The notes under the pieces: generated by a model | Databases searched by the model: none | Seen by the model: only the letters and a program-made list of their open reading frames with translations | What the model was told of the DNA's origin: nothing | In this document: positions 51,440 to 64,000 of the stretch, in pieces | Position numbering within the stretch: the first letter of the stretch is position 1 | Layout of the letters: every line of letters begins with the position of its first letter | Position numbers and translations under genes: made by a program | Source: Amoebidium appalachense | Taxonomy: Eukaryota > Protista > Ichthyosporea | Length of the DNA stretch: 64,000 nucleotides | NCBI GenBank assembly: GCA_963693365.1 | Contig: CAVNZM010000006.1 | Span: 5,063,264 to 5,127,263, forward strand | Direction: 5' to 3'

Positions 51440-52381
51440 TTAAATGTAACTGTCATAGGAGGAATCTGAACCGATCGAATCGTCCGAGCCACCACTGTAG
51501 TAAGAAAACGTGTCAAATGAACCCCGGCGCATACTGAGAAAGCTATCGAAGCGGGAGGTGTTTCTTGGGGCCCTTTTCACTTTCCGAGACCGCAGCCGCG
51601 CTCTCCCTTCCACCACCCCACACCACACCCGACACACCAACCGCACACTCCTCAAATCCTCCGCCCGTAGCCAATCCAAAACAGCGACGAGAAGATCATC
51701 GGGTAGAACACTGCCGTTTGATTCGACGATCGGGGTGGACACCCAGCCCTTGCACAGTGTCTGGCGGAAGTGAGCGGAAGGGTCGTAGCCGGGGATTGAT
51801 TGGTCGGTTGGGCGGATGGCCTCGAGGATGTGACGTCTTACCTCGGCAACATCACGTGACGTGTGCCAAATATGGATTGGTACCTCACGTCCCGACAGCG
51901 CCAACTCAACCGCCGTGTCAAAAGGGTCGTGGGTACCCGAACTTGGTTGATCTCGGTGTTCCCCTCCGGCACTGGGGGAAATGTGTGCGATGTCGCTTGA
52001 GTGGTGGTGCATTTGGGTGGGGGGTATTTCCTCTCCTTCGCTCTCCAACGAATAGGTGAAAGACACAGTCGGGGCAGAACCATCACCGCCCATCGGATGA
52101 AGAGACACCCTACCCTCCTCTCCTTTCCCACCCACACCGGGTTTCCCTGCTCCACTGTCCGCCACGTTTTTTACATCTTTCCTTTCGTCCTGCTCTCCCC
52201 TGTCTTCCATTTCCTTCCCATCTCCTTTACCGTCTCCCAGACACACCACCACGTTGCCGCGGCATCCCTCGCTGGTGCCACTTTCTCCGCTCTTCTTCTT
52301 TTCTCCGTCCATCCCTTCACTCACTTCCCTCCTCACACGTCTCACCATCCTCGTAAATTCACTGCTCAAAGCCGCAACCAT
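51440..52381 (-). CDS. Protein with a C-terminal F-box (large terminal exon; upstream exons may extend to ~53876)
   Basis: 313-codon ORF of normal composition containing LPDDLLVAVLDWLRAEDLRSVRLVCRVWCGVV (F-box consensus LP.E.L..I...L...DL.....VC+.W). Candidate upstream exons at 52910-53007 and 53785-53876 could not be phased cleanly. Confidence 0.8.
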   Translation of the reverse strand: MVAALSSEFTRMVRRVRREVSEGMDGEKKKSGESGTSEGCRGNVVVCLGDGKGDGKEMEDRGEQDERKDVKNVADSGAGKPGVGGKGEEGRVSLHPMGGDGSAPTVSFTYSLESEGEEIPPTQMHHHSSDIAHISPSAGGEHRDQPSSGTHDPFDTAVELALSGREVPIHIWHTSRDVAEVRRHILEAIRPTDQSIPGYDPSAHFRQTLCKGWVSTPIVESNGSVLPDDLLVAVLDWLRAEDLRSVRLVCRVWCGVVEGRARLRSRKVKRAPRNTSRFDSFLSMRRGSFDTFSYYSGGSDDSIGSDSSYDSYI

Positions 52382-52399
52382 TTTCTCTGCTGATTCGAC

Positions 52400-52865
52400 A
52401 GAGAAAGCGAGGGAGGGAGGGAGGGAGGGAGGGAGGAAGGGAGATGGGGGGAAAGAGAGAGAGAGTAAGAGGGGGGGCAGGAGGGGGAGGGTGAGGGGGA
52501 AGGGGAGGTGGGGGAGAGGGAGGGGAAGGGGAGGCAGAGAGAGGGAGAGAGAAAGAGAGTGAGAGGGGGGGGGGGGGGGGGGAGAGGGAAGGAGAGGGGG
52601 AAGGGGAAGGGGAGGGGGAGGGGGAGGGGAGGGGAGGGAGAGGGGAGGGGAGGGGAGGGAGAGGGGAGGGGGGAGGGGGAGGGGAGGGGAGGGGGAGGGG
52701 GAGGGGGGAGGGGAGGGAGGGAGGGAGGGAGGGAGGGAGGGAGGGAGGGAGTCAGGGAGGGAGGGAGGGAGGGAGGGAGGGAGGGAGGGAGAAAGGGGGG
52801 AGGGAGGGAGGGAGGGAGGGAGGGAGGGAGGAAGGGGGGGGGGGGGGGGGGGGGGGGGAAGGGGG
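52400..52865. repeat. Polypurine (GGGA)n/poly-G block
   Basis: Nearly pyrimidine-free on the + strand; forms a long polypyrimidine tract directly upstream of the F-box exon on the - strand. Confidence 0.85.
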
Positions 52866-53044
52866 CGTGCAGGGAGCAGGGTTGCCGACAGGGTGGGTCC
52901 AATACATACCCATTCGGCATAAATGCATGCACGTGGGTTGGGCGCCGGCCGTCACACGTCAGCACGCAGGCAGACTGGCATCCAATAGAGTGGGTGCAGA
53001 CAAATTCCTATACAAGGTGTATTTGTGTTTTGGGTGGTATGTAA

Positions 53045-53120
<76 letters not shown>

Positions 53121-54329
53121 GTGCATGCGTGCGCGTGTGTTTGTGTGTGTGATTGTGTATCTGTATGTGTGCGCGGACGGGTGTGGATGAGCAGAAGAAA
53201 GGCGGCGCGGGGGGGGGGGGGGGGGGGGGGGGGGAAGGCTTCCGGGAGGGAGAGGATGAGATGGGGAAGCGGGGAGCTGAGATGAGTGACAGATGTTGTA
53301 GAGATGGTCTCTGTGAGGCTTGGCACACCACAACCTCATACCAAAGGCAATCATTGAATTGCAGTAGTAGGAACAGCAGCGGCAAAAATTCGGTGGTGAT
53401 TTACTTTTATTTTATTTTTATCTTTTTTTTTTTTGGGGGGGGGGGGGGGGAGGGGGGAGGAGGGGGGGGAGGGGGGGGAGGGGGGCAGGAAGGCGGCATT
53501 GTGAAAGTATAACGATTACTGCATACGTGGCATGTTTCTTTGTGTGCCTATGTGTTTATGCACGTACACACACGGGTGTGTGTATTTGTGTACATCTGTA
53601 CTGAAGTGCATGTATGTCTGGTTGCCTTTGTGTGCACTGGTGCGTTTGTGGCGAGGAGGTTGAAGTGGTGATGGTGGTCTTTGGGGCACATGCCCAGGCA
53701 GGAGGAGGAGGGTTGGGGGGAGGAGGGGAAGGGGAAGTGCAAGGGAGGTAGGGGGTTTTTACAAATTTTTCGAATCGGACCCACATCAAATCGAAATTTT
53801 CTATGAACAGATGATGCCTGGTTCGCTCACCATAATTCCATCTGTGCACGTTGGCCATTAGTGAAATGGTCTTCATTTTCCGTTAAGAATCTATTTTATC
53901 ATCCCCCCCCCTCCCCAGTTTCAGGAGAAAAAAACGGCCCCGAATTTCGGCCTGGGGAGCGGCAGATAGAAATCCGATAGCCTATAACGTGTAGCCCATG
54001 GCATGACGTTATTAAAATCGATGTAGTTTTTCCGGCGCAGTCGTCAGTCGTATGAGATTGTGTGCTATAGGGAAGAACCTGTGGATATGTTTTGATTTTT
54101 TATAGAATCTTATAATGGCTCACTTCTAATTGCTGATCATTATGTGACGTCAAATTTGGCCTTGCAATACCATATATGATCTAGAACTGCTCAAAAAAGT
54201 GCACAGGTGTAGACTAATTTACCGAATAGGTGTATAGGTGTTAAGAAAAAAACGACCTAAAAACCGTTTTCCGATAGAGTTCAACAAACGGGCACGAACA
54301 GCGCCGCTTTCATTCCAGCACCAACTACA

Positions 54330-54360
<31 letters not shown>

Positions 54361-54569
54361 ACCTTTTGTCTTCTTTTCTTTCCCTTCGTTACTATTCCAT
54401 TCTTTTTGCTTTGGTTTGTGTGGATGCATGCGTTTTGTGTGTACGGGTGTAAGGATGGAAGGGTGTGGCTGTGGGTGTGCGCGGGCAAATGCCTGTGTGT
54501 GCGCATGATTGCTTGTGTGAAGGACGTGTGTGCGCGCGTGCGTGCGCGTGCATGCGTATGGATGTGAGA

Positions 54570-54643
<74 letters not shown>

Positions 54644-54685
54644 AGAGGGGGAGGGGGGAGGGTTGGGGGGTTGGGGGGTTGAGGG

Positions 54686-54719
<34 letters not shown>

Positions 54720-55171
54720 CAAACCGTATTCTGTGTAGCAGATCGCAATCCCTTCAAGGAGGGTGCCGGCCATGAATCGAACAGATGATCCACAGAACCC
54801 TAATTGGTGCACACACACATTAGTCACGAGTATATGAGAGAATGAGCACTAACAGGGGCATTGAATATGCGAACACACTCTCCCACATAAATACATGCGA
54901 CCTTTTCTTAATAAATGCATGTAAACTTCAGATAACAGGCGCCAAGAACAACCATCAAGGCAGTGGGTATCGTGTGAATTCAAGGCCTATAAATGCATTG
55001 CCTCTGGTGCCTTTTCTACTCCAGGGGTATAGGTATGGCACATCACACGTATTTATCGTTATCTATAGAAGCTGGGAGTACACCTGTACCTCCTAATACG
55101 TCTAGACGTAAGGCATATTCTGTATCCCTCCCCCCCTCACCTCCCCCCCCCACAAAACACACACACACACA

Positions 55172-55305
<134 letters not shown>

Positions 55306-55322
55306 CAACACACACAGACACA

Positions 55323-55375
<53 letters not shown>

Positions 55376-55407
55376 ACACCAGTTTCTTTCCAACACACAG
55401 CCCATAC

Positions 55408-56009
55408 CTGAATTAGAATGTCTCCATAGGCCTCAACAGCCGAGAAATCAGCACCACAGAGCATGTCCTTAGCCTGAGAGTTACTCTGGTTAACTAGAAA
55501 TATGCAGGTACACCCAATAATTGTCATGTTTCTTAACCTGTTCATACCGGCAAATTTTCCTAGATAGTAACTTCAGAAACATAGAAACAGATACAAAAGT
55601 ATACGAATTAATGATTTTTCCCCAAACCAACTTAAAAAGGTATGTAGGTAAGACATATACGTGTCGATATTTACAATGTATTTGAGCTTTTCTATCGATT
55701 TTTGAGCCTCAAAAGAGTTGTTTAGAACTGGACGGCTGCCGGCCAAATCAATTAGTGCCGGCCCGAAGAGGTTGATGGAGGTGGAAAAGGAAAAGAAAAC
55801 AGACCTGCATGCATGCATGCATATGTGCATAGCATCTGCATGTAGGGATAAACAGGGAACAGGAAGGCGGAATGAAAGTGTGTGTAGGTGTGTTTGGGAG
55901 GGTGCAAGGGCGGATCTGGAAGCGAAAGGGGGTGTGTGCGCATGGGGGGTGGGGTGGGAAGGATGGTAAATGGGTGGAGTGAAACTGGGCTTTGTAAGTC
56001 GTGTTTGCT

Positions 56010-56051
<42 letters not shown>

Positions 56052-56767
56052 CAAAGGCGAGAAACGGTAGATGACTTCTTAAAGGGAGGGAAAAAAAAAG
56101 GTTACCATCTACGTATAGTGATTAAAGGATGTGATTTCTTTCTCATTGAGGAAACAGACATATTTGTGGCACTTTAAAATCACCCACCAGTTTCGGGTCG
56201 GTTTTCAGTAGATGGTAACAGAGAAGGGCCCTGTCACGTACACGCATGTCCTCTTCGTGATCTGTTAAAAGATGAACATTCAAATAACAATTAGTAACAA
56301 AAACGTTTTAAGACGATAAACTCACCGTAAATTTAACAAAATGGAACATCAGAATGGCACGCAAAAAACAGAACTCAAAATGCCATTCCCTACCCCTTCG
56401 CTTTCTGCACTGCCCCTTGTTGAAACCACATCCACTGGAAGCACATCCTTATAACCCCCCCCCCCCCTCCCCCCTCCCCCCTCCCCCCCTCCCCCCCCCC
56501 CCCCCCCTCTCTCCCTCCCCCTCCCTCCCCCCTTCCCCCCACCCATCCCCCCCCAATTGTCTGTGTGTATATATGCGTGTATCCCTTGAACCGGTAGCGA
56601 TGCAGTTAGAAGGGGAACAAAGATAACGAGGGGTGGGTAGTTAGTGTGACAGGAACCGGGTTCAAACGGGAGGGGGGGGGGGGGGGTTTAAGCATTAGAG
56701 GGTTGGAAATATGGAGGAGGAGACACCAAATGAAAAAAAACAAAACGTCACACGTCACCAGGGGAGG

Positions 56768-56818
<51 letters not shown>

Positions 56819-57199
56819 GGGCGGGGGTAAAGGGAGGGCGGGGTGTCACCTATGATGTGCTTGAGCAGCCTGCCGAGGGGTCTTTGCAGTGAGTGGGGGT
56901 TTTTGAGGAAGTTTTTTACCAGGGCCGTGAGGGTTGACGATCGCACTTGAGGCCTGTTTGCAGAGGCTGCCTTAGAAGGAAAACCTAAAAAAACACATAC
57001 AAAAAAGTACTGAATTTACATGAAACAAAACACAACACAAAAGCCTACCCCCCCCCCCCCCTTCCCCGACAAACACACCACTCACCCACCTGCCACCGCT
57101 TCCTCCTTCTCACACACCAGAAATATCCATGCAATCAGAAAACAAGACGACAAAGGAGAGAATAAAGACACTATCACATTGTAAAACCCTGCTGTCGTT

Positions 57200-57237
<38 letters not shown>

Positions 57238-58634
57238 ACGTGTGTGTGTGTGTGTGTACCTTGTGAGTGTCTCTGAGTACATGCCTATCCACTTCTCCTC
57301 CCCCTCCCCTCCCCATCCCCCACCCCCACTTCCATCCCCTCAAAAAACACACACACATTCTTTGTTGTTTTGTTTTGGCCTAAACATGCATCAACACCAC
57401 ATACCCCACGTTCTGACTGGCACTACAAACACTCTCAGACAGGGCAATAAGCAGTTTGGGTGTTCCCCCCCAGAGTTGACCGTATTCCCCAATGAGCCAC
57501 CGAGCACATTCGATGGTTCCAGAAGGGAAAAGAACAGCGTCTAGAAGCTCCCTGGGTGTGAAATTGTGGTCGTCAGCATGTTATGTGTTTATGTTTTATT
57601 ATATACATACTGAGCATTTTCTTCGCTGTAATGCAATTTGGTATTGTGCTTCGACAGAGATGAAGTAAACATATCCGATAACACGAGGGGGAGAAGGGGG
57701 GGAAGAGGGGGGGGAGGGAGGGGGGGGGGGGGGGGCGGGGGTGGGGAGGTGGTGGGTGGTGGTGATTTGGTGGTGGTGGTGGTGGTGGTGGTGGTGGGGG
57801 GGGGGGGGGGGGGGGGGGGGAGGGGGGGGGGATGGGTCGGAATGCACAAGAATGGCAGAAAAAAATGTTCAATCTAATAAAAGATGGAAAAACAGAACAT
57901 GATGATGTGCCCATTGACGGGTTGGGTGTATGTTGTGGGAAACGATGACAGTGGTAGTTCACAGGCGCTGGTTATTGGTTCGGAGGGCAAAGAATTTAAA
58001 ATAAAATATAGAAATAAATAAAATAGACAATAAAAGTGGAAAAAAACCCATGGGAGTGGTATCTCGTTCTCTAGGTAAGATGCTTGTTGAGTGGTAGTAC
58101 CATGGGCCTGATGCTAGCCATCCAATCACAACCTGATATATACATGCATGTCGGTAATAATAAACAGCACATTCCTCAGATTAAAAAGACCACCGCGATT
58201 GGGTATGTGGCTTTAAACCACAAATGGCGGCTCCCACGATTCACATATAAATTGTTGTAGCTCCATATAGCAACCCCAAATCTCGGTCTACTAGAAGCCA
58301 TCTATTCGACATATGTCAACAGAGAACAGAGTGTCTGGTAAACCTAGCCGAGTTGGGGTCAATTTTCACTAAAACTCATATCCAAAGCATAGAGCTTTAC
58401 TAACATGCAAAAGGGAAGAAACGTACCTGTGTGTGATGTGTGGCAATAATCTCGGGACGGTGGTTTGTGCCAAGTCTGGATGTGACGCAATTACACCTGC
58501 GGTTTATAACAAACGGAGAGAGGACAGGCGTCGAGAGTGGAATGGGTAGGGCAGACGAGATGACGTGGGAGAAAAGGGAAAATACAACAAGTTAGAGGGT
58601 TGGATGGGGTATTGGTCAAGGAGAAGAAGAAAAA

Positions 58635-58679
<45 letters not shown>

Positions 58680-58707
58680 AAGGGCAGAAGGAACTTGAGG
58701 GTTTGTC

Positions 58708-58788
<81 letters not shown>

Positions 58789-59429
58789 TACATGTATTAT
58801 AGGGAACAGCTTGGGAGAGGGGTCTAAAGGTTGCATGCCCAACATCCAAATGTGAGCAAGGCCCGAAACATACCCGAAACATACAAACATAAGACGAAGG
58901 GTGCAAGAGGGAATGAAGTGAGACAGAGTTGACCGGTGAGTTTTTGTGATCTCTGGTGGCCGTGGTGTGGTGGGGCCGAGGGGAGGGGGAGGGGGGGGCA
59001 GGGGGAGGAGGAGGCGGGGAAGGAGGGGGGGAGGGGGGTAGGTTGGAGGAGGATAGGCCAAGGAGCATAAAGGTGTTGTGTGGGTTGTTTGGTGTGAAGC
59101 TGTGGCGATTTTGGGATTATGGATGCAAGTCGTGTGCACAACATGCCATTACTGTCAATCTCCTAGTGTCCCTCTCTCTGTGTGCTGTCTCGTTCATGAA
59201 GAAAGGGGCAGCGCGCAGGGGGGGGGGGGGGGGGGAGGGGGGGGGGGGGGGATGCATACGTGAAATTGCTTTAACGGCTGCACCTTTAAGTGGGCCCGAC
59301 TGGTCTGCAATAACTTCCAATAGTTGGTTGATGGCTACCATCCTGATACACTGCGAGAAGATGTGTGTGAGAGACCTGCTAACTCTTGCACACACACACA
59401 CACACACGCACGCACACACGCATACACAG

Positions 59430-59479
<50 letters not shown>

Positions 59480-59656
59480 GGGGGGGGGGAGGGGGGGGGG
59501 AAGTATGTTTTGAAGGGTGGAAAACTGGAAGCAGGGAGGAGCGGGCATTGGCAAAACAAGACGGGGAAATGTGGGGAAGGGAGGACAGTGGAGGGAGAAG
59601 AGGGAGGGGGGGAGATGGTAGACGGGGACAGTAGGGGGACGATTTTAGTTTCGGCG

Positions 59657-59694
<38 letters not shown>

Positions 59695-60177
59695 TAACGA
59701 AGACCCAGTACCTCGTGTTTTGTTGCCAAAAGACCCACACAGGCAGCTGCATCCGTGCTGACAGAGTCATCCCATAGCCATGCACTGGGGGGAGGGAGGG
59801 AGGTGGGGGAAGAGGGGGTGGGGCATGGGGGGGGGGGGAGGGGGGAGGGGGGGGGGGGGGGTAAGGCTTGCAACGGAGGGGTAGATAAGCGATAAGCGGG
59901 GATATGGGAAAGTCTAATGTGGAAGGGATGGGTTAAGGGGGGAAGGAAGGGCGGGGGGGGGGGGGGGGGGGAGGGGGGGAGGGGGGGGGGGGAGGGGGGG
60001 GGCAAGAGGGGGGGAGGGGGGGGGAAAGTGAGGAAATGGAGAGGACCGGGGGGGGGGGGGGGGGGGAGGGGGGAGGGGGGGATGAAGGGAAGGTGGTTAG
60101 TCAGGAGACCATGAATGGAAGCGGCAGTAGAGCAGAGTGATGCAAGAGTAGAGGTGTTAGGGGTGTGCATGAGGTGT

Positions 60178-60218
<41 letters not shown>

Positions 60219-61720
60219 CGCGGGTTCAAGGGCGCGAGGTGTTTGTTTAATAATGGGCGAGAGAGCATAGTATGATCAATCAAAAATAATGAGACGCGTA
60301 AGGACACGGCTATCAGACACACGGGAAACAACGAAACGAGAATAGCTAAGGATGAGGGGGGGGGGACCGAGAGGGAGAGACTGAGAAAAGGCGGTGGGGG
60401 GAAAGAAGGAGAGGGAGTCAATAACGAGGGAGGTGGAGGTGGATGGGGTGGGGAGTCGTCGACTTGGTGGGGCAAGGGGGGGGAATGGCAATCCGATCGA
60501 TAGTGTACTTACATAGTCTCATCAAGACATTGCTGAGCCGTGTCTTGATTGGCTGAGCAGGCCAACAACTGCAATTTACTGATTTTGATTGGCTGCGGAT
60601 CACCTGCCCTGTGTTTATTGATTTGTATGAAGCCGTTAGCAAAATACCCCCCTCCCCTCCCCTCCCACCCCCCACCCCCCTCCCACCCCCCATCTCCCCC
60701 CTCCCCTCCCCCTTTTCTGGTCACCTTCCTTGCCCTTTCATACAGAAATTCTTACTTTCATTCATTCGACAAAACTTTATATCGGACACCTCATGCTCCC
60801 TTCCTTCCTTGTAGAAAATGGCACTGAGTTTACAACAGTACTGTGGTTGAAGTAAGTATGTGTTGCATATGGTTCGATGGTCATTAGCCCTTAGCAGATG
60901 TATCTATGTATGTACGTACAGTGGCCCCTCCGCATTGATACACCTTCTTATTGATACATTCGCATATTTGATACACTGCCCGCGCGGCACGATATTATAG
61001 AGGCACCCGTAGGTATCCCGCTACACCCATATTAATGACCTAGACGTAACACCATAAATGGTAATCTGCTGATGGGCCTCGAGGTTTATGAATACGTGAG
61101 GGGCTACTGTAGGTGGGAAAAATGACCACAAAGATATCAACAGCTAAAAACAGATATACTGTGCATTGGCACCATCTAAAATTAGCCATACCTCGGATAG
61201 AGGGCCAAGCGGTGTGGGCCAAGCAGGCTGGGGTCTGCTTGGAGGAGCAGCCCGAGGGCATCCAAACACAGCCACTGAACGTCGTGTGAACTCCAACTCA
61301 ACAAGTCGATTAGTGCACCTGTAATACGTACACCACTCCGTTAACTGTCAAAGATTATGTCGACATAACGTCAATATGACACCAGTTCTGAGTTACATGG
61401 ATGTCAGAGTGTATGTATGATTGGATTTGACTATCCATAGGGGAAAATCACCCTAGTCTAGAAATTTCATTCCCATATTAAGGAACCTGTGAGAAACGTC
61501 GACATAGACCTTAACACATACTCATCAGGATATAGACATCAATGCTTTTTATATGCATCTTTCGTGTGTCCATGTTTAGTGTTCAATAGTGCATAATATT
61601 ATGACGCGCGCAAACACACAGATAAACACACATGCAAACAGGCACACCGGCCTCAATACACAATTATAGACACCTACATCCTGTAGACGCTTGCACACAC
61701 CTACACGAACCACGGACATG

Positions 61721-61752
<32 letters not shown>

Positions 61753-61808
61753 TCTATGCACTGCAGGCAGTGCATACAAGCAAAACTGTCCCCCCCCCCC
61801 CCCCCCCC

Positions 61809-61845
<37 letters not shown>

Positions 61846-63726
61846 CCCTGCCACCCCACCCCCTCCCGCCTTCCCCCCGTGCACCAAGGAAAAGAAAAAA
61901 AAGAAGAGAGAGAGAGAACAACCCATATCACCACACCCACTCATCCAGTCACTCATCCCCACCCGTCCACACCCACCTATACCCGCCCACACCCACCCAC
62001 CCACCTGCCACTCTCTGTCTCACATGGGGAATCAATCTCCCAAATGCTTTGGATTGGCACAGAAATAATCTTGCTGCTGCAAACACAACATCTGGCTCGG
62101 TGCACTGAAGATACGGGTCTACTGAATTCTGCAAAAAGAATAACCTTGTTAGACGTTATTTGTCCCACCAAAACAGAATAACGCGTACAAATCCCCCCCC
62201 CCCCCCCCCCTCCCCTCCCCTCACACACACACACACACACACACACCTCCCCCACAAACCACCACCACCACCACCCTTCCCTTCCTCTCCCTCCCCTCCC
62301 TCTGCCATCTTTTACTCCACGAGGAACCATCCAAGTGTGTATATCAAACTACCAATGCAGGGCGACAAAAAACTCGTATCAACAACAACACACCCAACCC
62401 CCCCCCCCCCCCCCCCCCCCCCACCCCCCCGGCGCCCCCTCCCAACCCTCCATCCCCACCCCCGCCTCTCCCCCATCCCCACCCCACGGCCACCACCACC
62501 ACCCCCTCATCCACCTAACTCCTTTCCCTCCTTCAACTCCCTGCCCTCCATTCCGCTCCCTTCCCCATCCATCCTTGCTCCACCCCTGCCCCCTTCCCCA
62601 ACCCCACAATCTTCTTCCCTTGCCAAGCACCACCAAACCAACTCTTGTAGCGCAAATAGAAAGCAAGCATAATTGTGTCGGTAGATAATATGAAGGTAGA
62701 ACAGCTTGTTTGGTTACTGCGGAACTGTAGCGGGTCACTTTGACAGTGGTCAAGATAAAAGCACCGGTAGGCTGTTTAGAAGGGGAGGAGGGGGAAGGTT
62801 AAAATGTGGAGGCGAGAGCAGGTGTAGTTGGCTAAAATGAGGAGAAGACACCACGTGTTTTAAACCCCTCACAGCTTGCACACGTCCATGCCTATACCAG
62901 GAGTATGCAGTGTGCAAATCGGAGTGCAAGTAACTCCTTTGGTGTACGTGCGGTGTGCTTGATGACTTCTTGTAATACGTCATATCAACCGATATGTTGT
63001 GAGTGCAGCAAAACAGCCGTGTGGTGTGTGTGCAAAAGCATATGCAGTGTGCGCATGCCCACACGTGTGCATACGTGCACATGCGTGTGCATGCACATGT
63101 GTGAGTGTGGATGGGCGTACATGTGCGTAAGTGTACGTGAATGTCTGTGGACAAGGTCACACATACCAGCACAGCTAGCAGATCCTCCTCGCTGATTGGT
63201 TCGTATTTGCGCAAAAACTGCAGAACTGTGCACTGGCCATGGCCCGGAAACTCGGCCAATCGGTCCAAGAGACGGTGTGCCACTTCGGGATTGCAGCGTA
63301 TCTGCATGATTACCATTTATGACAAACATTCCGATATCAAAATAGCTGGCCAAAGAGGAAAATAAGCACATATGATAGAAGCTTAAATGAAGGTAACCAC
63401 TTTGTCGTCAAAAAGCAGGAGTTGATCTCTCATTTCCCGATGCGGCACGACACAATAGACCACCGAGGGGTTTTCCAAAAAGCTGTGTGCGTGCGTGTGT
63501 GCATGCATGCGTGCGTGCGTGCGTGCATGCGTGTGTGTGTCGAGATGCCACATCACATCACAATAAACCTACCCCCCCCCCCCCAAAAAAAAAAAAAAAA
63601 AAAAAAGAAAGGAAGAGAAAAGAGAGAAAAGCATTTCATTCTCTAGCTGTTTTCCTCTCTTGTTTTGTAACTTAAGCTGTGTTGCGCTAAGATAATTTCC
63701 CAGCCATGAAACTTTGGTGTTTTTTT

Positions 63727-63758
<32 letters not shown>

Positions 63759-63942
63759 GAGGGAAGGGGGGAGGTTGTGGGGGTAGGGGCGGGGAGAGGG
63801 GGATTAGACAAGTCGGTCTTCTAAACACGTACTGATTCGACATCCGATTGGCTGATTTCATCCAATGAGCACAGGGCGTTGCACACCACCGTAGCGTCCG
63901 TGTCATCGGTCAAGGAGAGCAGCCTCTCGATCATTCCATGCA
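55408..63942 (-). CDS. AP4B1: AP-4 adaptor complex beta subunit (trunk); 5' exons lie beyond the right edge, 3' end tentative to ~54279
   Basis: Phase-consistent exons: 63833-63942 (DTDATVVCNALCSLDEI), 63167-63301 (VAHRLLDRL..GQCTVLQFLRKYEPISEEDLLAVL), 62005-62128, 61192-61318, 60513-60608, 59712-59784, 59260-59350, 58427-58496, 57405-57551 (WLIGEYG), 56850-56953 (LTALVKNFLKNP..QRPLGRLL), 56188-56261 (EEDMRVRDRALLCYHLL), 55408-55473. The order and motifs follow AP4B1 (IAHHLLNR, YQPRSEEELFDIL, LGRLL, DMAVRDRGLFYYRLL). Confidence 0.88.
55537..55771. mobile_element. Internally deleted copy (235 bp) of the piggyBac-type element
   Basis: TTAA|CCTGTTCATACCGGCA is identical to 42911-42930. The right end CAATTAGTGCCGGCCCGAAGAGG|TTGA matches 43458-43484, and the internal AT-rich segment is homologous to 43290-43415. 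Confidence 0.78.
56683..56760 (-). repeat. Intronic repeat superfamily, B-type copy
   Basis: Reverse complement reads TGTGACGTTTTG...TTTGGTGTC...CCATATTTCCAACCCTCTAATGCTTAAACCCC. Confidence 0.78.
60919..61109. mobile_element. Tc1/pogo-type MITE (191 bp) in an AP4B1 intron
   Basis: TA on both sides. ~27-bp imperfect TIRs CAGTGGCCCCTC-CGCATTGATACACCT vs CAGTAGCCCCTCACGTATTCATAAACCT. TTGATACA occurs three times near the left end. Confidence 0.78.
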
Positions 63943-63969
63943 CTGATGGAAGGTGGGGAGAGGCCGGGG

Positions 63970-64000
<31 letters not shown>

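Noticed and set aside
55905-56050. hAT-like terminus CAAGGGCGGATCTGG followed by poly-G
   Set aside because: No matching second TIR or TSD found.
56101-56219. 12-bp inverted repeat GTTACCATCTAC between an AP4B1 exon and its downstream intron
   Set aside because: Too short to distinguish from chance without conservation data.

Overview
Eukaryotic, intron-rich genomic DNA. There are no bacterial operons, CRISPR arrays, rRNA or tRNA genes that I can recognise. The gene set (FIBP, PH-type OSBP, AP-4 beta, a Myc/Mnt-type bHLH-ZIP), divergent from animal orthologues, suggests a unicellular holozoan such as an ichthyosporean; this is inference only. Seven protein-coding genes were rebuilt by hand, most from phase-consistent GT-AG exons: OSBP (-, runs off the left end), FIBP (+, complete, 360 aa), a RING-H2 E3 ligase (-), an intronless Myc/Mxd/Mnt bHLH-ZIP factor (+), a GT61-like glycosyltransferase (-), a protein with a C-terminal F-box (-), and AP-4 beta (-, runs off the right end). 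Introns are packed with poly-G/poly-C, (CA)n/(TG)n and (CT)n tracts, which explain almost all ORFs in the supplied track. Non-autonomous DNA transposons include two piggyBac-type (TTAA) elements, one pogo/Tc1-type (TA) element and a 37-bp hAT-type element with an 8-bp TSD. The two most unusual signals are: (1) a ~130-bp intronic repeat superfamily that is always co-oriented with its host gene and ends in a branch-point-like CTAAC plus poly-C, often as the last complex sequence before a real acceptor; (2) decayed 'echo' copies of neighbouring exons inside introns, often with synonymous-biased divergence.
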